Source of the DNA: Beijerinckiaceae bacterium
GTDB taxonomy: Bacteria; Pseudomonadota; Alphaproteobacteria; Rhizobiales; Beijerinckiaceae
Reading direction: 5' to 3'
Length of the DNA stretch: 33,250 bases
NCBI GenBank assembly: GCA_022702195.1
Contig: JAKONB010000402.1
Location: forward strand, 1 to 33,250
Under the pieces are notes generated by a model. It was not told the DNA's origin, made no database searches, and was given only the letters and a program-made list of their open reading frames with translations. The position numbers were made by a program, and so were the translations under genes. Below are positions 9,216 through 18,420 of this stretch, one piece after another (position 1 is the stretch's first letter; the number at the start of each line of letters is the position of its first letter).

Positions 9216-10235
9216 ATGTCCGGCAGCCTCGCGGGCACGCTCCGCCACGATTCCACCCGCGCCCGCTCCGGCACATCCCCCGGCTGGCTGTCGCGGATCC
9301 GCTGGGGTGGCCTCCTCGTCGGGGCCGTCTGGCTGGCCTTGGCCGCCGTGACCCTGCACCTGCCAGAGGATGGCGACTTTCCCTACACGACGGATTTCGC
9401 CATCGGTACCGCCCTTATCGGGGGGCTGCTCGCCGTCGCGCTTCCCCTTTCGGCGTCGCTGGGGCGCTTCGGGGGACGCTTGTCCGACCGGGGGCCATGG
9501 CTCGCAGTGCTGGGCCTCGGCCTCATCGTCTGGGAGCTTGTGACCGCCAAGTTCGCACTCCTGCCGATGCCATTCTTCCCGCCGCCGCAGGCCATCGTCG
9601 AAGTGTTCTTCGAGGATTGGCCCAAGCTCGGCGGCAGCACGGTCAATTCGCTGGTCCTGCTCGCTGGAGGCTACCTCATCGGCGCGGGAATCGGCTTCGT
9701 CCTCGGCATCGCCATCGGCTGGTCGCGGAGTGTCGGCTACTGGGCGCATCCGGTCCTACGCCTCGTCGGGCCGCTGCCGGCTACCGCCTGGCTGCCCATC
9801 GCCTTCTTCGTATTCCCCTCGTCCTGGTCCGCCAGCACCTTCCTGGTGGCCCTGGCTACCGGGTTTCCGGTCACGGTGCTGACTTGGTCCGGGGTCGCGG
9901 GTGCCAACAAGGCTTATTACGATGTCGCCCGCACGCTTGGGGCGTCGCAAACCTTCCTAATCCGCAAGGTCGCGATCCCGGCGGCCCTGCCGCATGTCTT
10001 CGTCGGGCTGTTCATGGGGCTGGGCGGCTCCTTCGCCGTGCTGGTGGTGGCCGAGATGCTCGGGGTAAAGTCGGGCCTCGGCTGGTACTTGCAATGGGCG
10101 CAGGGATGGGCCGCCTACGCCAACATGTATGCGGCGCTCATCGTCATGGCGCTGATGTGTTCGGGGCTGATCACCGTGCTGTTCCGACTGCGTGACCGCC
10201 TGCTCGCTTGGCAGAAGGGCCTCGTGCAATGGTAG
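9216..10235 (+). CDS. ABC transporter permease, NitT/TauT family, with an N-terminal membrane extension
   Basis: RBS GAGGA then MSGSL; TM helices; 'YYDVARTLGAS...KVAIPAALP...LVVAEMLG'. Confidence 0.9.
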   Translation: MSGSLAGTLRHDSTRARSGTSPGWLSRIRWGGLLVGAVWLALAAVTLHLPEDGDFPYTTDFAIGTALIGGLLAVALPLSASLGRFGGRLSDRGPWLAVLGLGLIVWELVTAKFALLPMPFFPPPQAIVEVFFEDWPKLGGSTVNSLVLLAGGYLIGAGIGFVLGIAIGWSRSVGYWAHPVLRLVGPLPATAWLPIAFFVFPSSWSASTFLVALATGFPVTVLTWSGVAGANKAYYDVARTLGASQTFLIRKVAIPAALPHVFVGLFMGLGGSFAVLVVAEMLGVKSGLGWYLQWAQGWAAYANMYAALIVMALMCSGLITVLFRLRDRLLAWQKGLVQW

Positions 10236-11026
10236 GCGTGCTCGCTCGTCCCCATGGGCCGGAAGCGGCCACCGCCACGGGCGCCCGGCTGACGGTGGTG
10301 GATGTGTCCCACGCCTTCGACCTTCGCGGTGCGCGCCTGCCCGTGCTCGAGCACGTTGACCTCGCAGTGGCACCGGGCGAGTTCGTCGCCCTGCTCGGCC
10401 CTTCGGGCTGCGGGAAATCCACCTTGTTGCGCCTCATCGCCGGGTTGGAACCACCGGATTCCGGAACCCTCACCGTCGATGGAAGCCCGATCATCGGGCC
10501 GGACCCGAGCCGCCTCCTCGTGTTCCAGGACCCGACCCTCTATCCCTGGCGCACCGTACGGGGGAACGTCGCCCTGGGCCTGGAGGCGCGGGGCCTGCTC
10601 AAGGCGCAAGGAGCACGCATCGACGAAGCGCTGCGCCTCGTCGGGCTGGCCGATTTCGCCGACGCCTACCCGCACCAGCTCTCCGGCGGCATGGCCCAGC
10701 GCACGGCGGTCGCCCGGGCGCTGGTGAACGAGCCACGCTTGCTACTGCTGGACGAACCCCTGGGCAAGCTCGACGCCCTGACGCGGCTGGCCATGCAGGG
10801 CGAGCTGGTCCGCCTCTGGCAGAAGAAGGGGTTTTCGGCCCTCCTGGTGACCCACGATGTCGAGGAGGCTCTGGTCCTGGCGGCTCGCGTCATCGTGCTG
10901 AGCGACCGCCCGTCCCGAATCCGGGCGGAGATCGTCAACGAGGCCCCCTATCCACGCCATCGCGACGATCCGAACCTCGTGCGCCTGCGCCGCGAGGTGC
11001 TGGAAATCTTGGGTCATGTCGCCTGA
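10229..11026 (+). CDS. ABC transporter ATP-binding protein, NitT/TauT family
   Basis: GPSGCGKS, LSGGMAQR, LLLDEP, VTHD; start overlaps the permease stop. Confidence 0.92.
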   Translation: MVGVLARPHGPEAATATGARLTVVDVSHAFDLRGARLPVLEHVDLAVAPGEFVALLGPSGCGKSTLLRLIAGLEPPDSGTLTVDGSPIIGPDPSRLLVFQDPTLYPWRTVRGNVALGLEARGLLKAQGARIDEALRLVGLADFADAYPHQLSGGMAQRTAVARALVNEPRLLLLDEPLGKLDALTRLAMQGELVRLWQKKGFSALLVTHDVEEALVLAARVIVLSDRPSRIRAEIVNEAPYPRHRDDPNLVRLRREVLEILGHVA

Positions 11027-11414
11027 ACCCACCGCCCCATCCGGCGACGACCGTCCCTCCGCGACGACCCCATTCGACGATGTCCGTCGCGCCCTGCCCT
11101 TCGGCGTACCGCGATCTCCGAGCGCGAACGAGATCTATGCGGTGAACGTCGATCTCCTATATCTCGGTGACGTCCTGCCTGGAGAGGCCGGACTCGATGC
11201 CCGGCTGGCCATGCCGAATCGGGATGGATCACCGGCGATCCCCGCCCCGACCTCCCGGCCACCGCGCGCCGAGCATGCGTCCTCGTTCCTCCACCGATCC
11301 CGGATCGGCGCCAACCCATCCCGCCCCCTCTCAAGGCACCTCTCCGCATGCTCCGTTCCCTCCGGTCTGCTCTCGCCGCTGCCGTGGCGCTCATCTCCAT
11401 CGGCACCGTCCTGA
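11016..11414 (+). CDS. Possible small hypothetical protein or gene remnant
   Basis: ATG overlaps the ATPase end and the ORF fills the 320-bp gap. The central part (EIYAVNVDLLYLGDVLPGEAGLDARL) looks protein-like, but the 3' end is low-complexity and overlaps the next gene by 67 nt. Confidence 0.3.
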   Translation: MSPEPTAPSGDDRPSATTPFDDVRRALPFGVPRSPSANEIYAVNVDLLYLGDVLPGEAGLDARLAMPNRDGSPAIPAPTSRPPRAEHASSFLHRSRIGANPSRPLSRHLSACSVPSGLLSPLPWRSSPSAPS

Positions 11415-12310
11415 ATGCCGAGGCGGCCGACACGAAAACCCTGCGGATCGGCTACCAGCGCTCCTCGACTCTGATCGCGCTGCTGCGCCAGGATTCCGCC
11501 CTGGAGACCAGCTTGAAACCGCTTGGCGTCACCGTGTCCTGGCATGAGTTCACCAGCGGCCTTCCGATCATGGAAGCCCTCAATGCCGGGCAGATCGACG
11601 TGTCGGCCGATGTGGCCGACACGGTCCCGATCTTCGCGCAGGCGGCGGGGGCGAAGATCAGCTACATCGCGCAAGAGGCGCCCTCGCCGGAAGCCCAAGC
11701 GATCCTGGTGCCGGCCGACTCAGTCCTCACATCCGTGGCCGAGCTGAAGGGCCGGCGGGTGGCGGTGACCAAGGGCGCGGGCAGCCACTACCTGTTGCTG
11801 GCTGCGCTCACGGAGGGCGGCCTGTCGTTCAAGGCGATCACCCCCGCTTATCTCACGCCGGCCGATGGCCGGGCGGCTCTGGCGAGCGGCGGGGCCGATG
11901 CCTGGGTCGCGTGGGATCCCTTCCTCTCCGCAGCGCGCCAGCAATCGGGAGCCCGTGTGTTGCGCGACGGGACCGGTCTCTCGCTCTACAAACGCTACTA
12001 CCTCGCCTCAGACGACTATGTGGCCAAGCAAGGTGACGTGCTGACCGTGCTGTTCGGCAAGCTCGCCGAGACCGGCGCCTGGGTGAAGGCCGAGCCGGAG
12101 GCCGCCGCCGCCCGCCTGTCGCCCGTCTGGAAGATCGACGCCGACGTGATCGTGCGTGCCAATGCGCGCCGCAGCTACCGGGTCGAGCCCGTCACCCGGG
12201 CCGGGCTAAGCGAGCAGCAGAAGATTGCCGACGCGTTTCGGGGCGAGGGCCTGCTGCCCCGTGCGGTGGATGCTTCGGCCCTCGGGATCTGGCAGCCGCC
12301 AGCCCGCTAA
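11348..12310 (+). CDS. ssuA: Aliphatic sulfonate ABC substrate-binding protein (SsuA-like)
   Basis: Signal peptide; 'LRIGYQR', 'VSWHEFTSGLPIMEALNAGQID', 'LKGRRVAVTKGAGSHYLL', 'DAWVAWDPF'. Confidence 0.85.
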   Translation: MLRSLRSALAAAVALISIGTVLNAEAADTKTLRIGYQRSSTLIALLRQDSALETSLKPLGVTVSWHEFTSGLPIMEALNAGQIDVSADVADTVPIFAQAAGAKISYIAQEAPSPEAQAILVPADSVLTSVAELKGRRVAVTKGAGSHYLLLAALTEGGLSFKAITPAYLTPADGRAALASGGADAWVAWDPFLSAARQQSGARVLRDGTGLSLYKRYYLASDDYVAKQGDVLTVLFGKLAETGAWVKAEPEAAAARLSPVWKIDADVIVRANARRSYRVEPVTRAGLSEQQKIADAFRGEGLLPRAVDASALGIWQPPAR

Positions 12311-12410
12311 CCGGGCGGGACCGATCCCCCGGCAACGGACGGAGCACGGCCCCGGTGATGGCGCCAGCGCGGGGCGTTCCCGATCCGCACCGAACCCGGC
12401 AAGGCTCACG

Positions 12411-12755
12411 CTACCCATCGTCGCCTGGAGAAGGCGAGAGAGCGGCCAGGAACGGCCCAGCCGAGATCTCCGCCGCGCGCTCGATCGCGCGGTACTGGGC
12501 GACGACATTGGCGCCGAACGGAGACAGCTGGGCGCCCCCGCCGGCCTTGCCGCCGATCCGGACGACCACGACGGGTCGTCCGAAGCCCGTGCTCATCGTC
12601 TCGACCAGCATCCACGCCCGGCGATACGACATGCCGAGCGCCCGACCCGCCGCCGAGATCGAGCCATGCTCTGCGATCATCTCGAGCAGCCGCACCTTTC
12701 CGGGACCGAGCCGATGGCCGGGACCGAAATCGATGCGGATACTCAAGCGTTCCAT
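12411..12755 (-). CDS. Stand-alone ModE N-terminal winged-helix DNA-binding protein
   Basis: 'GPGKVRLLEMIAEHGSISAAGRALGMSYRRAW...GGKAGGGAQLSPFG' matches the ModE HTH; no TOBE domain; RBS GGAGG. Confidence 0.88.
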   Translation of the reverse strand: MERLSIRIDFGPGHRLGPGKVRLLEMIAEHGSISAAGRALGMSYRRAWMLVETMSTGFGRPVVVVRIGGKAGGGAQLSPFGANVVAQYRAIERAAEISAGPFLAALSPSPGDDG

Positions 12756-13036
12756 CGCATCCTCCCGCGCATCCGCGACCTGGATCAGGATCGTTCCCCC
12801 GCGCTTGTCACACCTTCCGGAACCAAGGAGGGGCCGCCCCTCATGCGAGGCGGCGGGGGCGACGGTCGAGCCATTCCATCCGTCCCTGTGGGCCTTACAT
12901 GAGAACGGTCAGGGCGTCGCCGGCCACCGCCGTGGCACTTGGATGGCGACGACACCGGCGGGATCAGCCTGTCCTCCGGCCGAGGGGACGCAGGGTCGTT
13001 GCCCGCGCTGATGGACCGGGATGGGAAAGAGTGACG

Positions 13037-13570
13037 ATGGTCAGCTGGCGCGATACGCCACAGGGATATGGCCGGATCAGCCGCGGCTTCCATTGGCTGA
13101 TGGCGGCGCTCTTCGCGTGGCAGTTCGCGGGAGCATTGCTCTACGTCGGCACGGGCGATACGGCGCTCACGCGTTTCGTCGGCGCGAGCCATTTCTCCCT
13201 GGGCTTCACCCTCTTCGTCCTCGTGCTGTTGCGCGGGGCCTGGGCCTTGGCGAATTTGAGACGACGCCCCCCGCATCCAGGCCGCATCGGCCGCGCGGCA
13301 GCGTTGGGCCATGCCCTGATCTATGCCGTGATGATCGTCCAACCGGGGATTGCCCTGCTGCGCCAGTACGGGTCGGGCAAGCCCTTCTCGCCCTATGGCA
13401 TCCCCCTCATGCCTGCGCGGGACTACAAGATCGAGTGGATGATGGTCCCGGCCGATTGGCTGCATTATTGGCTGGGTTTCGCCTTCCTGGCGGTGGTGCT
13501 CGGGCACGTGTCCATGGCCGTGCTCCACCGGGTGCTGTGGAAGGAGGACGTGCTGGCGCGCATGACCTGA
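13037..13570 (+). CDS. Cytochrome b561 (CybB/YceJ family)
   Basis: 'YGRISRGFHWLMA', 'HFSLG', 'LHYWLG', 'GHVSMAVLH': four TM helices with heme-ligand His residues. Confidence 0.9.
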   Translation: MVSWRDTPQGYGRISRGFHWLMAALFAWQFAGALLYVGTGDTALTRFVGASHFSLGFTLFVLVLLRGAWALANLRRRPPHPGRIGRAAALGHALIYAVMIVQPGIALLRQYGSGKPFSPYGIPLMPARDYKIEWMMVPADWLHYWLGFAFLAVVLGHVSMAVLHRVLWKEDVLARMT

Positions 13571-13775
13571 CACGCGCCGGCCATCAAGCGCCGCACCCGA
13601 AGTCGGCGGGGCGACAGCTGCCCCCATGGGCAGGCCGATGGGATTACGCTACCACCCAGCCGGTGCGGCCTGCGGTCCCGACGGGGTACGACCGGCACCG
13701 CCGAAAGGCCGCATGGCCCGGCGGGACGCTGTCCCACCTGGGCGACGGCCCGTTCTTCGAGACGCGACGGACCCC

Positions 13776-15500
13776 ATGCTGAAGGCTTTCCTGGCCTATT
13801 ACCGGCCGCACCGGACGTTGTTCTTGGTCGATTTCGGCTGCGCCGTGCTGTCGGGCCTGCTCGAACTCGGCTTCCCCATGGCGGTGAAGACCTTCGTCGA
13901 CGTGCTGCTGCCGCGCCAGGATTGGCAGCTCATCCTGCTGGCCGCCATCGGTCTCGGGCTGATCTATCTCGCCAATGCGGGTCTGATGGTGGTGGTGACC
14001 TACTGGGGCCACGTACTCGGCATCAACATCGAGACCGAGATGCGGGCGCGAGCCTTCGAGCACCTGCAGAAGCTTTCATTCCGTTTCTACGACAACCAGA
14101 AGACCGGTCACCTCGTCGCCCGCGTCACGAAGGACCTGGAGGAGATCGGCGAGGTCGCCCATCATGGCCCCGAAGATCTGTTCATCGCCGTGATGACGCT
14201 GCTGGGGGCCTTCGCTCTCATGCTGTTCGTCCACCCGCCCCTCGCCCTGATGACGGCCGCAATCCTGCCGTTGATCGCCTTCGTGACGCTCCGCTACGGC
14301 GGGCGCATGACCCGGAACTGGCAGGCCCAGTACGGACGGGTCGGCGCGTTCAACGCCCGCATCGAGGAGAATGTCGGGGGCATGCGCGTGGTCCAGGCTT
14401 TCGCCAACGAATCCCATGAGCGGCGGCTGTTCGCCCTCGACAATGCGCGCTACCGTAGCACCAAACTCGAAGCCTACCGGATCATGGCGGCCAGCCTGTC
14501 GATCAACTATCTGGGCATGCGCCTGGTGCAGATCGTCGTGTTGCTCGGCGGCGCCGCCTACGTGGTGCGGGGCGAGCTGAGCCCGGGGGGCTTCGTCGGG
14601 TTCCTGCTGCTGGTGGGCGTGTTCTACCGGCCTCTGGAGAAGATCGGGGCCGTCGTCGAGACTTATCCAAAAGGGATCGCCGGATTCCGGCGTTACGCGG
14701 AGCTGCTGGCCACCGCGCCGGACATCGTCGATCGCCCCGATGCGGTCGAGGCGCCGTCCCTACGCGGAGACATCCAGTTCGAGGGCGTTCGCTTCGGCTA
14801 TGCGGAGGGCCGGCCGGTCCTCACCGACCTGAACCTCGCCATCCGGGCGGGCGAGAATGTCGCTTTCGTCGGTCCCTCGGGTGCCGGCAAGACCACCCTC
14901 TGCTCGCTGATCCCGCGCTTCTACGAAGTCGAATCCGGTCGGATCACCATCGATGGGCTCGACATCCGCAACATCACCCTGGCCTCGCTGCGTCGGCAGA
15001 TTGGCATCGTCCAGCAGGATGTCTTCCTGTTCGGGGGTACGATCCGCGAGAACATCGCCTATGGCCGCCTCGATGCCGACGAGGCCGAGATTTGGGAAGC
15101 GGCTCGCCGGGCACGGCTCGACACCCTGGTGGCCGATCTGCCCGACGGGCTCGATACGCTCGTCGGGGAGCGCGGGGTGAAACTCTCGGGCGGTCAGAAG
15201 CAGCGCCTAGCCATCGCCCGGGTGTTCCTTAAGAACCCGCCGATCCTGATCCTCGACGAGGCCACCTCGGCCCTCGACACCCAGACCGAGCAGGAGATCC
15301 AGCGTTCCCTCGTGGAACTCGCCGCGGGCCGCACCACGCTGGTCATCGCCCACCGCCTCGCTACCATCCGGCAGGCCGACCGCATCGTGGTCGTGGGTCG
15401 GAACGGGATCGTCGAGGAAGGCCCGCACGAAGCTCTGCTCGCGTCCGGTGGTGCCTATGGCCGCCTCTATGCGGCGCAGTTTCCGCAGGCGCGACTGTGA
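13776..15500 (+). CDS. Fused ABC transporter (TMD+NBD, MsbA/MdlB-type fold)
   Basis: N-terminal TM domain; GPSGAGKT, LSGGQKQR, ILDEATSALD, IAHRL. Start set at MLKAF. Confidence 0.92.
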   Translation: MLKAFLAYYRPHRTLFLVDFGCAVLSGLLELGFPMAVKTFVDVLLPRQDWQLILLAAIGLGLIYLANAGLMVVVTYWGHVLGINIETEMRARAFEHLQKLSFRFYDNQKTGHLVARVTKDLEEIGEVAHHGPEDLFIAVMTLLGAFALMLFVHPPLALMTAAILPLIAFVTLRYGGRMTRNWQAQYGRVGAFNARIEENVGGMRVVQAFANESHERRLFALDNARYRSTKLEAYRIMAASLSINYLGMRLVQIVVLLGGAAYVVRGELSPGGFVGFLLLVGVFYRPLEKIGAVVETYPKGIAGFRRYAELLATAPDIVDRPDAVEAPSLRGDIQFEGVRFGYAEGRPVLTDLNLAIRAGENVAFVGPSGAGKTTLCSLIPRFYEVESGRITIDGLDIRNITLASLRRQIGIVQQDVFLFGGTIRENIAYGRLDADEAEIWEAARRARLDTLVADLPDGLDTLVGERGVKLSGGQKQRLAIARVFLKNPPILILDEATSALDTQTEQEIQRSLVELAAGRTTLVIAHRLATIRQADRIVVVGRNGIVEEGPHEALLASGGAYGRLYAAQFPQARL

Positions 15501-15582
15501 GCTCGACGAATGCGCAAACCGTCGCGTGCCCGCAGCCGGATCCTTATGCCGGCCCCGGTGTCACCGGGGCCAGATTTTTGCC

Positions 15583-16173
15583 TCAATCGACAACCTTGCC
15601 GTCCGGACCGACCTTCACGGTCTGCTCATTGTCGGCGCCCGCGACCTTGATCGCGTATTGCACCGTCGACCCATCTTTGGAGACCTCGGCCTCGTAAGCC
15701 TTACCGCCGCTGGCCTTCTGCTCGGCGATCGACAGAGCCTCCTTGAGCGAGGTTCTGGCATTCTGGAAATCCGCCGGCTTCAGGCGGGTGAAGTGGCGCT
15801 CAATGGGTTGGTTCTCGGTCTTGTACAGGGTGCCGGTCTCGGCGTTGATGCCGTATTCCACAAGCTTACCGCTCGGATAGACCACCTTGACCGCGTAATG
15901 GACCGGGTCCTTACCGCCAGCCTTCTCGAAATCGGCATCGATCGCCCGGCCCTCCTTCTCGTCGCCCTGTTTCTGGGCGGTGTCGATGGCCTGAAGCAGG
16001 CTGACCTTGGCCACCTTGGCGAGCTGCCATTCCTTCAGATCGCCATTTGCCGAATTGCCTGGCAGCGTGGTGACACCGCCAGCGGCCGGCGGCGTCGGCG
16101 TTCCGGTCTGCGCCAGCGCGAGACCCGTGCCGAGAGCAAGAAGGCCGAGGGTGGCGGTGAGACGTTGCAGCAT
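15583..16173 (-). CDS. Secreted protein with two PepSY domains
   Basis: Signal peptide (ALA-Q); two repeats of 'AK/RxSLxxAIxxA...Y.V.V...I.A.TG'. Confidence 0.85.
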   Translation of the reverse strand: MLQRLTATLGLLALGTGLALAQTGTPTPPAAGGVTTLPGNSANGDLKEWQLAKVAKVSLLQAIDTAQKQGDEKEGRAIDADFEKAGGKDPVHYAVKVVYPSGKLVEYGINAETGTLYKTENQPIERHFTRLKPADFQNARTSLKEALSIAEQKASGGKAYEAEVSKDGSTVQYAIKVAGADNEQTVKVGPDGKVVD

Positions 16174-16206
16174 GGAAGAGTCCCTTCAGGGTGAGCGGAC
16201 CCCAGC

Positions 16207-16231
16207 AACGCCCGGTATGGGGCAAGGTTGC
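16207..16231 (-). promoter_or_regulatory. Sigma-EcfG-like promoter (GCAAC-N16-CGTT) upstream of the PepSY gene
   Basis: One mismatch to the alphaproteobacterial general-stress consensus GGAAC-N16/17-(C/G)GTT; 33 nt upstream of the ATG. Confidence 0.5.
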
Positions 16232-16284
16232 GCGCATCGGTGAGCTCGGATCGCTCGTCCGGCAATGCTCGACCGGCCCTGGCC

Positions 16285-17175
16285 TCAGGCCGCGATCCGG
16301 GCCGCAACTCCCGCGATCCCCAGAGCCGCCTCCACCACCGCGTCGGCGCGGAAGTGATGGAGCATGTGGCCGTAACCCGGAAGCCAACGGAACCGGGCGT
16401 CGGGGATCCGCCACGCGGCCTGCCACCCATGAACCCACGGATTGGTGACGATGTCGGCACCGCCGCAGAGGATAGCGACCGGCACCCGGCAGCGCGCATA
16501 GAGACTGGCGCTCCGCGCCAGATCCGCCCAGAGGGCGTTCGCATTCTCACCATCGGCCAGGAGGCGTTGGGATTCCCCGGCCAAGGCGAAGGGAAACGCT
16601 TCAGCGAACGCCATCGGCATGGTTTGCGGCAGGAACATCGCCCGCCACAGCAGCGGCAGCAAGGCACCATCCGGTGCTTCGAGGAGACGCGACACGGTCT
16701 GTCCCATCCCCGGCAGCGCGCGGGGGCCGAACAGGAGCTGCTCCAGGCGCGGCTCGGGAAAGCAGATCGGCGAGATCGCCACCAATCCGGCCATATCATC
16801 CGGGAACGCCATTCCGTGCGCGAGGGCCACGGCTCCGCCGAAGGAATGGCCGACCAGGACCGGACGCCGCAAGCCGAGGGCGCGCGAGAAGGCCCGTACA
16901 ATCTCGGCCTGCCGCCACACGGAGGCGTCTTTCAGCCTGACATGCTGACTCTGGCCATGGCCCGGCCGGTCGATCGCCACCACGCGGAAGTGGCGGGCGA
17001 GCGCCGACATCGGCCCCAGCCACATGTCATCCAGGCTCATGAGCGCGCCGTGAATCAGGATCAGATCGGGGCCGGTCCCAGCCTCGACATAGGCGATCTG
17101 GGGTCCGTCCGGTACGTCGAGGAAACGCCGCGTTGGCACGGCCTCTCCGGCGATCCCCGCGGCTGGGCTCGACAT
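16285..17175 (-). CDS. Alpha/beta-fold hydrolase
   Basis: 'LIHG' oxyanion loop, 'DRPGHGQS', nucleophile elbow GHSFG, catalytic His in 'GYGHM'. Confidence 0.9.
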   Translation of the reverse strand: MSSPAAGIAGEAVPTRRFLDVPDGPQIAYVEAGTGPDLILIHGALMSLDDMWLGPMSALARHFRVVAIDRPGHGQSQHVRLKDASVWRQAEIVRAFSRALGLRRPVLVGHSFGGAVALAHGMAFPDDMAGLVAISPICFPEPRLEQLLFGPRALPGMGQTVSRLLEAPDGALLPLLWRAMFLPQTMPMAFAEAFPFALAGESQRLLADGENANALWADLARSASLYARCRVPVAILCGGADIVTNPWVHGWQAAWRIPDARFRWLPGYGHMLHHFRADAVVEAALGIAGVAARIAA

Positions 17176-17178
17176 CCC

Positions 17179-18183
17179 TCAGCCCTTCCGCGTGGCACGC
17201 GACAGCAGTAGGGCCGCCACGGTGGCGAGCCCCGCCACGGCACCCGCACTGGCGAGGGGATGGAGGCTGACGCGGGTATAGGCGCTGGAGCGCATGACGT
17301 AGATCGGAGGGTCGCCCCGGACTTGACCGGCCCGGCTCGGATTGTGAAGGGTGCCCTCGGGAGCTTCCGGCGGGCCGGACCGCTTCTGCATGGCGATGAT
17401 CGCCGGGGCGAGTTCGTCATAGGCACCAGGGGCGAATTCCTTGCCCATCACGAACAGCTTGCCGCCCCCACCGACAATGATATCGCGCTGCGGGTTAACC
17501 GCCGCGTGCAGGATCGCGTGGGCGACCTCCTCCGGCGGGTAGATCGGCGGCGGCAGGGTCGGCCGGCGGTCCATGTAGTTGCGCGCGCGATCCGGGAGCG
17601 GCGTGTCGATGGAAGCGGGCTTGATGAGGGTCACCGAGATCTGCGCACCCTCGGCGATCAGCTCCATCCGCAGGGTGTCGGTGAAGCCCTTCACCGCGTG
17701 TTTGGAGGTTGCGTAGAGGCCCTGGAACGGGAAGGCGAGGTCTGAAGCGATGCTGCCGACATTGATGATCGCCCCGCCATGGCCGCGCAGGTGCTCTGCG
17801 GCGATGAGGGATCCATTCACCGTGCCCCAAAGATTGGTCTGAATCAGCCGCTCTTGATCCTCCTGGCTGATCTCCCGCAACGGCCCGTAGACGGTGACGC
17901 CCGCCACGTTGACCCAGGTGTCGAAGCGTCCGAACCGGGCGATCGCCGCATCGGCCACAGCCTGTACGTCCGCACGCTGACCGACATCGGCAACCACCGC
18001 GATGGCACGGTCTTTGGGACCACCGAGTTCGTTGGCCAACGCAGCGAGAACGTCGCCACTCCGGGCGACCAGCACCAGGCATGCGCCGAGCTCGGCAGCT
18101 TTACGCGCCGTCGCCAGGCCGATCCCGCTCGACGCGCCAGTCACGACGATGACCTGTTCGGTCAACGGCTTGTGTTTTGCCAT
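17179..18183 (-). CDS. SDR-family oxidoreductase with a C-terminal hydrophobic tail
   Basis: TGASSGIG, 'NVAG', catalytic YATSK. Start set at MAKHK. Confidence 0.9.
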   Translation of the reverse strand: MAKHKPLTEQVIVVTGASSGIGLATARKAAELGACLVLVARSGDVLAALANELGGPKDRAIAVVADVGQRADVQAVADAAIARFGRFDTWVNVAGVTVYGPLREISQEDQERLIQTNLWGTVNGSLIAAEHLRGHGGAIINVGSIASDLAFPFQGLYATSKHAVKGFTDTLRMELIAEGAQISVTLIKPASIDTPLPDRARNYMDRRPTLPPPIYPPEEVAHAILHAAVNPQRDIIVGGGGKLFVMGKEFAPGAYDELAPAIIAMQKRSGPPEAPEGTLHNPSRAGQVRGDPPIYVMRSSAYTRVSLHPLASAGAVAGLATVAALLLSRATRKG

Positions 18184-18420
18184 CCTGACGATTCCCAGTT
18201 GCCGGACGGTGCCGGCATTGGGTCTACGCATCACCCTTCTCGGCGTTGCACGGGAACGAGGGGGGCGCGTGGTTATTACACGCCCCCCCCTGAGTGCGAG
18301 ATCGTCCGAGGCGCTCGGGATCGACATCCCCGCCTCCACTGGGACGCGAAACGCCGATCTGAGCGGGTCAGATCGGCGTGGCGGGGTTCATGGGAAGTCC
18401 GGCTCGGCGCGGGTGCGGCT

